Source: Candidatus Aminicenantes bacterium (GTDB lineage Bacteria; Acidobacteriota; Aminicenantia; Aminicenantales; JAFGBC01). Taken from it: a stretch of DNA of 64,000 nt. The notes beneath the pieces are model-generated. The model made no database searches. It was not told where the DNA came from and saw only the letters and a program-made list of their open reading frames with translations. Positions 1 to 10,928 of this stretch are shown here, piece by piece; the first letter of the stretch is position 1, and the number at the start of each line of letters is the position of its first letter. The position numbers and the translations under genes were made by a program. The stretch lies in assembly GCA_963702005.1 (NCBI GenBank), contig OY969696.1, positions 1,760,001-1,824,000 on the forward strand, read 5' to 3'.

Positions 1-900
1 GTAGAGCTCGGGGGATCCCAGGTCATGGGTCCACCAGACGCGCGGGCTGCGGACGACGAGCTTGGGATAGGCGGCCGGGGCGAACTCGGCGGCTTTCGTC
101 TCTCCGGCGGCTAAATGAACACGCTGCGAGAACGCGATATCCCCGATCCGGCCCTCAAGGACGCAGTCGCGCGGCCGGTCGGCCTTGTTTTCAAGCTCGG
201 CCGAGACCGTCAACCGGGCTTCCTTGAGGGTCTTGAGGTCGAGGCTGGTCTTGACGAAGGGGAAATGCACGGCGACGTCGCCGGTCGTCCGAACGCGGAC
301 CGGACGCCAGAGGCCCAGCTCGGCGTCGGGGGCTTTCGGGTTCCAGTCCACGAAGCCTATAGTCAGGGCGCCAGGGCCGGGCGGGATGATCTCGATGGCC
401 AGGGCGTTCGGGCCATCGCGCCGGGCCGCGCCGGTTGCGTCGATCCGGAAGCGGCGGAAGGCGCCGAAGACCTGTCCGGCGTCGGCGATCTTCGTCCCGT
501 TGAGCCAGATATTGGCGCGGTAGTTGACGCCGTCGAGCTCGAGCTCGACCTTATCCCGGCCCGGGCCGGCCGGGCAGGCAAACTCGGTTCGGTACCACCA
601 GGAGACCTTGAAGGCCTCGGTCGGGATCCGTTTCAGGTTGTCGGCGAAATAGACGTCCTGGTAGACCTTGTCCTTGACTAGGGCGGCCAGGACGGTCGTC
701 GGAACGGCGGCCGGGTACCAGCCCGACAGCGAGGCGCCGGGCTTCGAGATCTCGGCCCCGCCGGCCTTGAGGTTGGCCGACGACTGGATGTACCAGCCGT
801 CCCTGAGCTCGAGGACGGATTCCGCGCCGGCGGCGGCCGCCGCGAGCGGGAGGGCGATCCAAGCTAAAACCGCGAAGACCACAAGAAGCGTTTTTTTCAT
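1..900 (-). CDS. GH2 glycoside hydrolase (exo-beta-D-glucosaminidase/beta-mannosidase-like), 5' part; runs off the left edge
   Basis: Manual translation from ATG at 900 is open to position 1: signal peptide MKKTLLVVFAVLAW, then GWYPAAVPTTVLAAL, WWYRTEF, LDGVNYRANIWLNG, GFVDWNP, PRVWWTHDLGSPELY, all typical of GH2 N-terminal domains. Absent from the ORF track because it has no stop in the window. Confidence 0.85.
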   Translation of the reverse strand, partial: MKKTLLVVFAVLAWIALPLAAAAAGAESVLELRDGWYIQSSANLKAGGAEISKPGASLSGWYPAAVPTTVLAALVKDKVYQDVYFADNLKRIPTEAFKVSWWYRTEFACPAGPGRDKVELELDGVNYRANIWLNGTKIADAGQVFGAFRRFRIDATGAARRDGPNALAIEIIPPGPGALTIGFVDWNPKAPDAELGLWRPVRVRTTGDVAVHFPFVKTSLDLKTLKEARLTVSAELENKADRPRDCVLEGRIGDIAFSQRVHLAAGETKAAEFAPAAYPKLVVRSPRVWWTHDLGSPELY

Positions 901-942
901 GGCTCTCCTTGCATCCTGGGCGACTGTTTCAAGCATCTCCGA

Positions 943-1803
943 TTATATCGGCGGATCTTGGTCCTGACAAGGGGATCGACGAATCGCTTGCGGCAGGAGA
1001 TGATGCCGCAAGAACGCCAGTATTTGTCCGATGATCTCGCGAGAAGTCTCGCTGTCGTCCATCAGGTCAAACGCGTGCGGGGCTGCCGCGTGATTGATAA
1101 ACGTCAAGGGCAGGTTGCCAATCAACGCCTCGGCCACGAAACGGTCCATCGTTTCGTTCAAGTGAGGGGTTTCGTCTCGACCCGCTCTCACGATGAGGAG
1201 CGGTCTATCCGGAGGAAGATCAGCTACGGATCTCCCCGCGCAGGGATTGACGAATCCCCAGGTCTTGGCCGCCTCGGCTACGCTCGCGCCCCCCTGGAGG
1301 TCCAGCATGAACCCATAGCACAGGACGGCGCACTTCAAATAGTCGCTCGGTTCCTGCATCAGGACGGATAGGGCGTTCGGAACATTGCCGGAGCACGCCC
1401 ACAGGCCGATCCTGTTCTCGTCGATTCCCAATGACGCGGCGTTCCGTCGAAGATAGCGAAGCACCGCGTGAATGTCCTGTGCCGGGTCCCGAGTCAGGTA
1501 AGCGATCGCGACCAACCCTGAGGAGGCTATCAATTTCCCCCACGAGACATAAGATCCCATTTCTTTTTGGCTGCAGCCGAGCGCTTTCTGAAATCCCACA
1601 TCGGAATAGCCCAGCACAAAGACGACGGCGGGCGTCCGCCCTTCCTTCTTCGCTTCGGGCGGAGAGTAGATGTCCAGGGTTAAAACATCTCTGGCGGCGG
1701 CTCGGTATTCCACATCCCGCCGAATGATCACCGTATCCGAGCCGGGCAATCGGCAGACCACCCTTTTTTTCGTAATGTCGGGTCGCTGGGTTTCTTGGTC
1801 CAT
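943..1803 (-). CDS. alpha/beta hydrolase (esterase-like)
   Basis: LTLDIYSP, GIDENRIGLWACSGN nucleophile elbow, C-terminal PHAFD His motif. Confidence 0.8.
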   Translation of the reverse strand: MDQETQRPDITKKRVVCRLPGSDTVIIRRDVEYRAAARDVLTLDIYSPPEAKKEGRTPAVVFVLGYSDVGFQKALGCSQKEMGSYVSWGKLIASSGLVAIAYLTRDPAQDIHAVLRYLRRNAASLGIDENRIGLWACSGNVPNALSVLMQEPSDYLKCAVLCYGFMLDLQGGASVAEAAKTWGFVNPCAGRSVADLPPDRPLLIVRAGRDETPHLNETMDRFVAEALIGNLPLTFINHAAAPHAFDLMDDSETSREIIGQILAFLRHHLLPQAIRRSPCQDQDPPI

Positions 1804-1827
1804 GCGTGTGTCCTTTGCCGTCCGATA

Positions 1828-4800
1828 TCAGCGGTCGAAGCGCAGCGTGATCAGGCCGTAGCCGGGGAGCGAGAGCGGGCCGGCGAGCGGGCGGAGGCGG
1901 TTTCCGTCGATATCGCAGATGAAAATCGCGGATACGGCCGATGCCGCGCCCCGGACCTCGAATTCCTGCGGCCGTCCCGATGCGTTATAAAGCCGCGCCA
2001 CCCAACCCGTTCCGTCAAGCGCCGGGCGAAGCGAACTCACGATGATCCCGGCCGAAGAGATTTCGAAAGGCGCCGCGGGGAGAGTCCGGCCTTCGCCGGA
2101 CGGCGCGACGATCAGAGGCCGGACATATTCGAGGCTCAGCCTCTTGACGGCGGCCCGCTCGAACCCGGCGTGCGGGATGAGGGCGTAGCGGAGCTCGACC
2201 GGGCCTTCCTGGTCGGCCTTGTAGTTCGTATGCCAGTAGTTGTTCATGGCATAGGAATAGATCGTCTGTGAGGGCTCGATCGTCTGCCGCCATGTCCGCG
2301 TTCCGCCCGGCCCGGGGGTTTCATCCGTCATCCGGCCGATCTCGGCGAGCGGCGCGTCCGGGCTGACCCAGGTCAGGCCGCAGTCGGCGTTCGAGACGTC
2401 GATCGAGTCGCGGACGCAGAAGAAGTCCCTGCAGGAGCCGGGGATCTGGTCCGCCTCGGGACAGACCTCGGCCCAGCCCAGGTCGATCCGCGCCACTCCG
2501 CCCGGCACGACGAGCGGGAATCCGAAGTGGACGCTCTCCTTGTCGCGGACCTTGAGCTTGTCGATCCGGTTCCGGATCTCGATCCGCGCCGAGCCGTCGC
2601 GGATGCCGTACTCGCGGACCAGCCCCTTCGTCCCGGGCGCGTCCGATTCGATGATGAGCGAAGCGATGAGCGGTCCCGATTCGCCGATATGGACTCTGAC
2701 GTTCGCCGCGCCCCGAGCCGCGGCCGGGTCCTTCCCGGGAACGTAGAAATACGCGTCAAGACCTAAGGAGGCGGACGGATCCACGAGCTCCAACTCCCGG
2801 CCTGTTTTCCATCGGACGCTTTTAATCGCGCCGCTGCCGGGGTCGACGGCGACCGAAACGATCCCGTTCTCGAGGCGGCCGTCCGCGGCCGACGCCCGTC
2901 CGGCGGCATGCGGGGTTCCCGCCTCGATGAAGAACCGTTTGGCTCCGAGCCCGGGAACGTCCGCGGCCAGGAAGACGAGGCCGCCGGCGGCGAGCCGCTG
3001 GCTCGGCACGGGATTCCCCCTCTCGTCTTTGACCAGGTCGCCGGGACGCTTGACCTCGGCCGGAACCGTCACCCAGTCCGTCCTCGGCCAGCTCAAGGTG
3101 TTGATGACGTCGAGCGCGAGCCGCCCTCCCGCCGCGTCAACGGGTTCGCGCGCGGCCAGCGCGGATGCGACGAGTTCCCTGGATCGTTTGTCCGCCTCCA
3201 AGGCGAAGGCTTGTTTGTAATCCCACTGTTCTCGCGCGTTGGCCCCATCCGGGTCGGACACGGAATCGGCGGCCCCCCAGGTGTGCTCGTCGAATAGAAC
3301 GACTTGGCGCCAAGCCTCGGCGAAATCTTCAAAGGGAAATCCCTTGGGATCGATGAGCGACCAGAGCGTTTCGGCTTCAAGCAGCCGCTCGGCGGAGCGC
3401 CGGTTGAGGGACGTTTCGAGGGCCGACGAAGCCGCCCCGTCCTCCCAATAAGGGGTGAAGTCGCCCCGGACCTCCGGGATGATGTCGCCGTGGCGTTTCT
3501 CGAGCTCGGCGAACATTTCTTGGGTGGTGGCGATGACGAACTTGGGAGAATCGTATTCCTCGTTCCAGCGCCGGACGAAATCGGAAAGCTCCGGGTCGGG
3601 AGGGCCGTTGTCGCCGCCGACCGTGTAGCGGACCTGGACGATGGAGTAGGGATAGCCCTTATCGGCCAGCTCGAGCAGATAGTCGAAGATGCCCCGCTTG
3701 GGGGCCCGCTCGATATTTCCCATGTGGAAGCCGTGGAACCAGGAATAGCCGCGTCCCGCCATCCAGAACAGGATCTTCTCATCGCCCGAGGGCGAAACCC
3801 AGTAGAAAGGACGATCCCCCCAAGTCTTGAGGGTGCGGCCGATACGGTCGCCGCCGTCGGGGAGCCTGGGCATGTAGTTGGGACCGCTCGAAAAATATCG
3901 GACCCCGGCCAGGACAAAGGCCGGGACGACCGTCCAGCTCTGGCCGGGGATATCTGTGATCATGGCTGTGGTGACCGGAACGCCGCAGTCCGCGCCCAGC
4001 TTCCGGGCGAAAGCGGTGAGTTGGAGGAGCTCTTCGGGATGGCAGAGCCCGGTCAGCTCGTTGGCGTACATGGCCTGGAGCCCGATCCAGCCTTTGCGGA
4101 CGGCCTCGACGAACGCGGCCCTTTTTTCCGGCGACGCCTGCTTGAGGTAGCTCTCGACGGCCCACAGCTCTTCGACATTCCACTTGAAGCGGGAGCCGGG
4201 GGGATAATCGGCCGACTTCCGGGCCAGGTCGATGGCCTGCTCATAGTAAGACCAGTGCTTCTTTTCGACGACGCGCTGGAGGTCGGAATAGCCGATGTCG
4301 ACATGGGAGTGGGGGAGAAGATAGAGTTCCCTCCTGACGACGGGTTTCAGCCTGATCGTCGCGCGCCGGATTCTCCCCTCGCCTAAATCCACGGTCAGCG
4401 GAACTTCCGTTTCGGCGGCGACGGGTTCGACGGGAAGGAAAAAGATGTTGTAGCCGGTCTCGATCCGGACGCGCTCGGAGGCGGGGCCGAGGGACAGGAC
4501 GGCCCGGCCGGGCGGCCCGGCATGGCTGATCTCGACGCCGACAAGCTGCCTCGGTCGCCCGTTTGTCTTGACCAGGGCCTGCTCGGAACGGGCCGAGACG
4601 CCGGATTCGAGCGGGTGCTCGAAGACCATAAACCAGTCGGGGCTCCCGCCGTTGTCGCCCCGAACCTCGACCCGGAGAGGATGTCCCTCTTTAAGGAGCG
4701 CGCGCGGCAGGGTCAGGGTCATATATCCGAACAGCTCCTCGAAGGCGTCAACCATGGTTGTCCGGAAGGAGAGCGAGGCGCCCCCGCGGCCGGACACGGT

Positions 4801-5190
4801 CCAGGTTTTTTGGGATGGATCGGCGGCGCTCCGGAAGATCAGGAGCGGCTGGCCGTCCACGGACAGGAAGAAGCGGTGCCCGCCCTTGCGGGTGGCGATC
4901 CCGGCCATCCACAGAAAAGTCGCGGAGCCGGGATTGAAGCCGGCCGGGACGGGCTCGGTCTCCCAAGTCATAGCCGATTTCCCATCGGTCGCTCTGACCA
5001 GGATTGCGTTGCCGACGTCCGGGTACGGCGAATGGTAGTTGATCCGTTCGCCCGCGACGGTCCGGGCATAGCCCTTGAGCCAGGGGTCTAGTACGTCCGC
5101 TCCTAAGGCCGTCCGGCACAGGGTCAGCGAAAAGAAAGTAAAGCCAATCAGGGGGACAGAGATCATTGCAATCCAGGCTCGAAAGGCCAT
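1828..5190 (-). CDS. GH38-family alpha-mannosidase-like glycoside hydrolase
   Basis: HSHVDIGY, DIPG, FDEHTWG and MNNYWHTNY motifs. Signal peptide follows the ATG at 5190, which has an AAAGGA RBS. Confidence 0.85.
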   Translation of the reverse strand: MAFRAWIAMISVPLIGFTFFSLTLCRTALGADVLDPWLKGYARTVAGERINYHSPYPDVGNAILVRATDGKSAMTWETEPVPAGFNPGSATFLWMAGIATRKGGHRFFLSVDGQPLLIFRSAADPSQKTWTVSGRGGASLSFRTTMVDAFEELFGYMTLTLPRALLKEGHPLRVEVRGDNGGSPDWFMVFEHPLESGVSARSEQALVKTNGRPRQLVGVEISHAGPPGRAVLSLGPASERVRIETGYNIFFLPVEPVAAETEVPLTVDLGEGRIRRATIRLKPVVRRELYLLPHSHVDIGYSDLQRVVEKKHWSYYEQAIDLARKSADYPPGSRFKWNVEELWAVESYLKQASPEKRAAFVEAVRKGWIGLQAMYANELTGLCHPEELLQLTAFARKLGADCGVPVTTAMITDIPGQSWTVVPAFVLAGVRYFSSGPNYMPRLPDGGDRIGRTLKTWGDRPFYWVSPSGDEKILFWMAGRGYSWFHGFHMGNIERAPKRGIFDYLLELADKGYPYSIVQVRYTVGGDNGPPDPELSDFVRRWNEEYDSPKFVIATTQEMFAELEKRHGDIIPEVRGDFTPYWEDGAASSALETSLNRRSAERLLEAETLWSLIDPKGFPFEDFAEAWRQVVLFDEHTWGAADSVSDPDGANAREQWDYKQAFALEADKRSRELVASALAAREPVDAAGGRLALDVINTLSWPRTDWVTVPAEVKRPGDLVKDERGNPVPSQRLAAGGLVFLAADVPGLGAKRFFIEAGTPHAAGRASAADGRLENGIVSVAVDPGSGAIKSVRWKTGRELELVDPSASLGLDAYFYVPGKDPAAARGAANVRVHIGESGPLIASLIIESDAPGTKGLVREYGIRDGSARIEIRNRIDKLKVRDKESVHFGFPLVVPGGVARIDLGWAEVCPEADQIPGSCRDFFCVRDSIDVSNADCGLTWVSPDAPLAEIGRMTDETPGPGGTRTWRQTIEPSQTIYSYAMNNYWHTNYKADQEGPVELRYALIPHAGFERAAVKRLSLEYVRPLIVAPSGEGRTLPAAPFEISSAGIIVSSLRPALDGTGWVARLYNASGRPQEFEVRGAASAVSAIFICDIDGNRLRPLAGPLSLPGYGLITLRFDR

Positions 5191-5194
5191 GGTC

Positions 5195-6606
5195 TTATCC
5201 TTTAATAAACTTAACGGCCCAGGCATGACGGCAGGGCGGATCCTTCAAGACGGAAGCCGGGAGATGGAGCAGAGTCCCTTTTTCAACCTTCTCCCAACGA
5301 ACCGGATCGGCGCATCCGAGGATAGAGACGGCCGTCCCTTTCTTCGGGCTCATGGAGGTGAGCATGATATTCGCCGGGGGGGCCGCCTCGTCCGGGTCCG
5401 CGAGATAGATCGCGAAGACCGTCCCGCCGGGGCGCGACGTAAAACGAATCTTCGCCTCTCCGTAGGGGGGATGGGTCTTGTCCCGTAGATCGCCTGCCCG
5501 TTGACCTTCATCCAGGCGCCGATCTCCGCGAGCCTTTTCAGGGACTCCGCGGGAAGCTCGCCTTCGGGGCTGGGTCCGATGTTGAGGAGGAAGTTGCCGC
5601 CTTTGGCCACGATCTCGACCAGCATCCGGATGAGCTCGCGGGCCGGCTTGTAGACGTCGTCGGCCTTGTAAGACCATTGGGTCGCCATGGTCATGCAGGT
5701 CTCCCATGGCTCGTCGAGCGGCTTCGCGGGTATCTCCTGCTCGGGCGTCTTGTAGTTCTCGTAGCGTCCGCCCACGGTCCGGTCCGCGATGATGAGACCG
5801 GGCTGATGGGAGCGGGCCATGGCCGCGATCCCGGCCATCCCGATATCCTGGTTGTTCGAAGGCCGGACCCAGCCGCCGTCGAGCCAGAGGATGTCGACGG
5901 GACCGTAGCCGGTCATGAGCTCTTCGATCTGCTTGGCGGTGAACGACCGGAACCTCTCCCAGCGCTCGGGGTAGCGATCGACCCGATAGTTGACGTTCCG
6001 GTCCGGGGTGGCCCATTCGGGCGCCCAGTAGTCGGGCGAATGCCAGTCGGGCTTGGAGAAGTAGGCGCCGACCCCGAACCCTTTAGCCCGGAAGGCGTCG
6101 AAGACGGCTTTGACGATGTTTGAGTTGGGATGGACGTGGAAGGGGCAATCGGCGGCCGTGATCTTATAGTCGGTCTGCCGCGTATCGAACATGCAGAAGC
6201 CGTCGTGATGTTTGGCCGTGAAAACGACATAGCGCATGCCGGCCTGGGCGGCCGCCTCGGCCCATCGCTCGGGGGCGAACTTTGCCGGGTTGAAGGTCTT
6301 GAGCAGAGCCTCGTACCGGCGCTTGTATTCGCAATAATCGGGGATGGTCCGGCGGCACCAGGGCTCGTCCTCGGAGCACAGGGTCCAGGATTCGACGACT
6401 CCCCACTGGCTGTAGGGACCCCAGTGCATCATGAGCCCGAACTTGAGATCTTGGAACCATTCGAGCTTGCGGAGGACGAGCGGGTCGGTCTCTTTTTCGG
6501 AAGGATCGTCGGGCGCGGTCTTCGCGGCGAGGGTCGCAGCGGCCAGGCTTAGTATCATGAGGCCGAGGCAAACGAGGAAGGCGCGGAGTCGCTTTGCGTC
6601 GATCAT
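5195..6606 (-). pseudogene. GH29 alpha-L-fucosidase with a 1-nt frameshift in a homopolymer (or a sequencing error)
   Basis: KFGLMMHWG, TAKHHDGF, ILWLDGGW and GGNFLLNIGP motifs. The frame switches at the G6 run 5465-5470: AIYGTRPIPP continues as PYGEAKIRFT...WAVKFIKG in ORF 5195..6016. Confidence 0.85.
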
Positions 6607-6728
6607 GATCTTCCTCCCTGGGGACGGCATGCGGCTTCGGCCATTATACCCCAGTTAAAACGGTGACGCTTATCCATTTCCCCGAATAAATCTTTGAACT
6701 GCGATCCCGATTTTTATCCAAGAATGAC

Positions 6729-6775
6729 TTGACAAAACTAAAAATAAAGATATATTACGATATATCGTGATATAT
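6729..6775 (+). promoter_or_regulatory. sigma70 promoter overlapped by a probable PadR operator
   Basis: TTGACA (6729) and TATATT (6751); palindrome ACGATATATCGT at 6757-6768; GATATAT three times at 10-bp spacing. Confidence 0.65.
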
Positions 6776-6800
6776 TAATATTAAAATAAGGAGAACACAG

Positions 6801-7313
6801 ATGCACGGTTCACAATTCAGAAACTGGGGCAAACACTGGCCCGGGGAAGGCCGCTTCTTCAACAGAGGAGATTTCAAGTACTTGATCCTCGACCTGCTCA
6901 AAGAAAAGTCCCGCTACGGCTACGAAATCATCAAGGAGCTCGAAGATCGGTTTCACGGTTTCTACTCGCCCAGCCCGGGCTCGGTCTATCCGACTCTCCA
7001 GTGGTTCGAGGAGATGGGCTACGTGACGTCGGCCAGCCAGGACGGGAAAAAGATCTACACGATCACGGACGAAGGACGCAAGTTTTTGGAGGACCGGGAA
7101 GAGTCGGCCGGCGAAGTCCGGCGCCACATGAAGGCTTGGTGCAATGGCTGGAGTCATGAGGTCCGGGACGAGTTCCGCGAGGCCATGCACGCTTTCGGCG
7201 AGCTTGGCCGGACACTGGGATCGAAAGCCCGCGAGCTCAACAAGGAGAAACTGGGCAAGGTCCGCGAGGTCATCTCCAGAGCCGCTTCCGAGATCGAGGA
7301 TATCCTGCGTTAG
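6801..7313 (+). CDS. PadR-family transcriptional regulator
   Basis: RYGYEIIKELE, YSPSPGSVYPTL and KKIYTITDEG winged-helix signature. Confidence 0.92.
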   Translation: MHGSQFRNWGKHWPGEGRFFNRGDFKYLILDLLKEKSRYGYEIIKELEDRFHGFYSPSPGSVYPTLQWFEEMGYVTSASQDGKKIYTITDEGRKFLEDREESAGEVRRHMKAWCNGWSHEVRDEFREAMHAFGELGRTLGSKARELNKEKLGKVREVISRAASEIEDILR

Positions 7314-7507
7314 TGATAAATCCGGAGAAAACAAAGCGGAAAACGGCGACGCTTTGGGGAAAATAAGTAAGCGGCGCCGATTATTGATGAAGTCCTGAAA
7401 TAATAAGAAAACTTGACAAGCCGGGTCAGCTGTACTACTATCTTAATACAGACATACAGAAGGCTTCGAGTGGGATATAAACCGTTTATCGATACGGGAG
7501 GGGAACA

Positions 7508-8773
7508 ATGAAAGCGTGCTTCAAAACAATTTCGTTGCCAAGCCTATCTTTGGCGGTTTTCGCGATCATCGGGGTGGTTGATCTGGTTTATTCCGATGGT
7601 TTATCGTCTTTTCAGACGCAGGCCGCGAAGGACGTTTTTCCGGTCGTTGTCGACAACGGCCGGCATCCCGCGCCGCCTAAGGGAGGGGAATGGAAAATCT
7701 CTTTCTTGGAGGACTTGACCGTCGGAGTCAAAGAAGGCGACGAAAATTATATGTTTGGAAAGCGCCTCTACTTCAATGTGGACGACGACGGCAATATCTA
7801 TGCCGTCGATTGGGACAGAAAGAGGATCCAAAAGTACGGACCGGACGGGAAGTATATCCTGACCATCGGCCGCTTCGGCCAGGGGCCGGGGGAGTTTCAG
7901 AACGTCTGGATGCCTCATTTTGACCGGGAGGGAAGCCTCTATACCCAAGATATCGCCAACCATAAGGTTGTGTTTTTTGACCTCAACGGGAAACTTATCA
8001 AGGAAGTCAAGCTGCCTGAGAAGACGGACGATATTCTAATCAATTCACGGGGAGAATATGTGGGTTACATCCACGAGATAAAGGAAGATCCCAAATCGGG
8101 AGCGAAAGTGATATCCTCTTTTGGGCTTTTTGACAAGGATTTCAACCCCATTGCTGTTATTCATCAAACAACTCAGACATTTGCGACCTTAAAAGGACGC
8201 GATCCGGGATCTTTAGCCGAGTTCTTAGCGGAGATGATGAGCAAGAGTGCCTTTAGCCCGGAAGTGACGCTTCTCCTCGGCCGGGACGATAGACTCTACA
8301 TGGGTTATCCCGAATCCTACGAAATCCGGGTTTATTCTCCGAGTGGAAAGCCGGAAAGGCTGATTCGGAAAGACCAACCCTCTCAGCTCGTGACTGAGTT
8401 GCATAAAAAAGACTATGGTTCATTACAGGAAAGAGAGTTCCTGCTTGGCCTTCCCGCTGTCTATTCCGAATCGATCAGAAAAAAGGCGCTGGCTATGATC
8501 CGTTATCCTAAGTACCTTCCCGCTTATCAGAAGTTTGCGCTCCTGGACAACGGCTGGCTGGCCGTGGTTGTGGACGCCGTCAAGGACGGTCCGGCCAAGG
8601 TCGATTTTTTTGATGAAAACGGCGTCTATATCGCCGAGGTTGTGGCCAGCATCCCCGTGGACGGACTCATCTTCAGGAAAGATAAAGCTTACGCGATTGT
8701 CGAGACGGAAGAAGGTTACAGGTTTATTAAAAGATTCACATGGAGCATCCACAATAGCGCCGTAAAAAAATAG
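7508..8773 (+). CDS. secreted 6-bladed beta-propeller (NHL-like) protein
   Basis: N-terminal hydrophobic segment; VDDDGNIYAVD, TIGRFGQGPGEFQ and FDLNGKLIKE repeats. Confidence 0.75.
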   Translation: MKACFKTISLPSLSLAVFAIIGVVDLVYSDGLSSFQTQAAKDVFPVVVDNGRHPAPPKGGEWKISFLEDLTVGVKEGDENYMFGKRLYFNVDDDGNIYAVDWDRKRIQKYGPDGKYILTIGRFGQGPGEFQNVWMPHFDREGSLYTQDIANHKVVFFDLNGKLIKEVKLPEKTDDILINSRGEYVGYIHEIKEDPKSGAKVISSFGLFDKDFNPIAVIHQTTQTFATLKGRDPGSLAEFLAEMMSKSAFSPEVTLLLGRDDRLYMGYPESYEIRVYSPSGKPERLIRKDQPSQLVTELHKKDYGSLQEREFLLGLPAVYSESIRKKALAMIRYPKYLPAYQKFALLDNGWLAVVVDAVKDGPAKVDFFDENGVYIAEVVASIPVDGLIFRKDKAYAIVETEEGYRFIKRFTWSIHNSAVKK

Positions 8774-8821
8774 GCTTATCGTCATTTTTTCCCTTATAAT
8801 AGGCGGGCAAGGAGGATATCT

Positions 8822-10900
8822 ATGAGACATAGAAACCCCATCCGCTGCGCTCTTATCACGGCCGTTTTCTGCGCGGCCCTGACCGCTCCGCATCTCTCCG
8901 CCGCCTCGACGCAAACCTCACTCAACCTGATGCCCATTCCCGCCCATATCGTCCTTGGCACGGGAAAGCTGGCGCTGAGGCCCGAGTTCACCTTCGCCTT
9001 CGCCGGATATAAGGAGCCGCGCCTGGAGCGCGCCGTCCGCCGCGCCGCCGATCGGATCGCCGCTCGTACCGGCATCCCTCTCGCGATCGCCGAAGCGGCC
9101 GACCCGGCCCAGGCCTTCCTCCAAGTTACCTGCGCCGCCGCGGGCCTTCCCGTCCAAACGCCCGAAGAGGATGAGAGTTACACTCTGACCGTCGACGCCT
9201 CCCGCGCCCTCCTCGGCGCTCCCAATCCGCTCGGGATCCTGCGCGGCCTCGAAACCCTGCAGCAGCTCGTCGCCCTCGACGCGGACGGCTTCCAGTTTCC
9301 CGCCGTTCAAATCCAAGACGCGCCCCGCTTCAAATGGAGGGGGCTCCTCATCGACGTCTGCCGCCACTGGATACCGGCCGAGGTCGTTAAGCGCAACCTC
9401 GAAGCCATGGCGGCCGTCAAGCTCAACGTTTTCCACTGGCATCTTTCCGAGGACCAGGGATTCCGGGTCGAATCCCGGCTCTTCCCCAAGCTCCATGAGC
9501 TCGGCTCGGACGGCCGCTACTACACGCAGGCCGAGATCCGCGCCATCGTCGACTACGCCCGCGACCGGGGCATCCGGATCATCCCCGAATTCGACATGCC
9601 CGGCCACTCGACGTCCTGGTTCGTGGGCTACCCCGAGCTCGCCTCGGCGCCCGGTCCCTACGAAATTGAACGGCATTACGGCGTCTTCAAGCCGACCATG
9701 GACCCGACCCGGGAGGGGACGTACAAGTTCCTGAGCGGCTTCATCGGCGAGATGGCTCGGCTCTTTCCCGACCCCTACTTTCACATCGGAGGCGACGAAG
9801 TCGAGGGATCCCAGTGGACCGAGTCCCCGGCCATCAAAGCCTTCAAGGACGCCCGCGGGATGAAGACCAACGAGGACCTCCAGGCCTATTTCAACAAACG
9901 GATCCAGGCCATCCTCAAGAAACATGGGAAGCGGATGGTGGGATGGGACGAGATCCTGCGCGAGGACCTTCCCCGGGATATCGTCGTCCAGAGTTGGCGG
10001 GGACAGGAGTCGCTGGCCGGGGCGGCCCGGCAGGGATTCGCGGGGATACTCTCCAACGGCTACTACCTCGACCACATGCTGAGCGCGGCCGCCCATTACT
10101 CGGTCGACCCGCTCGAGAAAGAGGCCGCCTCGCTCTCCGACGCCGAGAAGGCGCTCATCCTGGGCGGCGAGGCCTGCATGTGGGCCGAGCTTGTCAGCCC
10201 CGAAACCGTGGACAGCCGGATCTGGCCCCGGATGGCCGCCATCGCCGAACGATTCTGGTCGCCCCGAGAGACGAAGGACGTCGCCGACATGTACCGGAGG
10301 CTCGAGGTCCTGGACGATCAGCTCGACTGGACGGGCACGGCTCACAACGCATCGTATCTGAAGATGCTCGAGCGGCTGGCCGGGACGGCGGGCTCGGTCG
10401 AATCCGTCAAGCTCCTGGCCGATTTCGTCGAGCCGCTCCGCGGGTACGGACGGCACGACTCCCGGGACTATGCCCAGACGACGCCCCTCAACCGCCTTAC
10501 AGATGCGGCCCGGCCCGAGAGCTTTGCGGCCCTGGCCTTCGCCGCCAAGGTGGATGAAATGCTGGCCGACGCTCCGGCCTACTCCAAGAACAGGCGCGAG
10601 GTCCGCCATAAGCTTATGGCCTGGCAAGCGAACCACGAGACCATGAAGGCCCTGGCCGCGAACTCGACGCTTCTGGCCGAGGTCCTGCCCCTCTCCGAGC
10701 GCCTCGCGGGGCTCGCCGATGCGGGACTGGCCGCGCTCGACAGCCTCGAGTCGGGACAGCCCCTGCCCGGGGGCTGGCTGGAGGGGAAAGCCGCGCTGTT
10801 TCAAGCGCCGGAAAAGCCGCCCTACGAGGTCGAGCTCATGGTCGTCGAACCGATCCGGAAAATCGCCGAGGCGGCCGCCAAGATCGGCAAGAGCGAGTAG
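8822..10900 (+). CDS. GH20 beta-N-acetylhexosaminidase
   Basis: WRGLLIDVCRH, FHWHLSEDQG, PEFDMPGH, catalytic HIGGDE, GGEACMWAE. Confidence 0.93.
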   Translation: MRHRNPIRCALITAVFCAALTAPHLSAASTQTSLNLMPIPAHIVLGTGKLALRPEFTFAFAGYKEPRLERAVRRAADRIAARTGIPLAIAEAADPAQAFLQVTCAAAGLPVQTPEEDESYTLTVDASRALLGAPNPLGILRGLETLQQLVALDADGFQFPAVQIQDAPRFKWRGLLIDVCRHWIPAEVVKRNLEAMAAVKLNVFHWHLSEDQGFRVESRLFPKLHELGSDGRYYTQAEIRAIVDYARDRGIRIIPEFDMPGHSTSWFVGYPELASAPGPYEIERHYGVFKPTMDPTREGTYKFLSGFIGEMARLFPDPYFHIGGDEVEGSQWTESPAIKAFKDARGMKTNEDLQAYFNKRIQAILKKHGKRMVGWDEILREDLPRDIVVQSWRGQESLAGAARQGFAGILSNGYYLDHMLSAAAHYSVDPLEKEAASLSDAEKALILGGEACMWAELVSPETVDSRIWPRMAAIAERFWSPRETKDVADMYRRLEVLDDQLDWTGTAHNASYLKMLERLAGTAGSVESVKLLADFVEPLRGYGRHDSRDYAQTTPLNRLTDAARPESFAALAFAAKVDEMLADAPAYSKNRREVRHKLMAWQANHETMKALAANSTLLAEVLPLSERLAGLADAGLAALDSLESGQPLPGGWLEGKAALFQAPEKPPYEVELMVVEPIRKIAEAAAKIGKSE

Positions 10901-10928
10901 CGGACTCCGGGCCCGGCGGCGGCCGTTC

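Noticed and set aside
8918-10804. 628-aa minus-strand ORF (and similar long ORFs at 12189, 50441, 55434, 60255)
   Set aside because: Each lies opposite a clearly identified gene; shadow ORFs.
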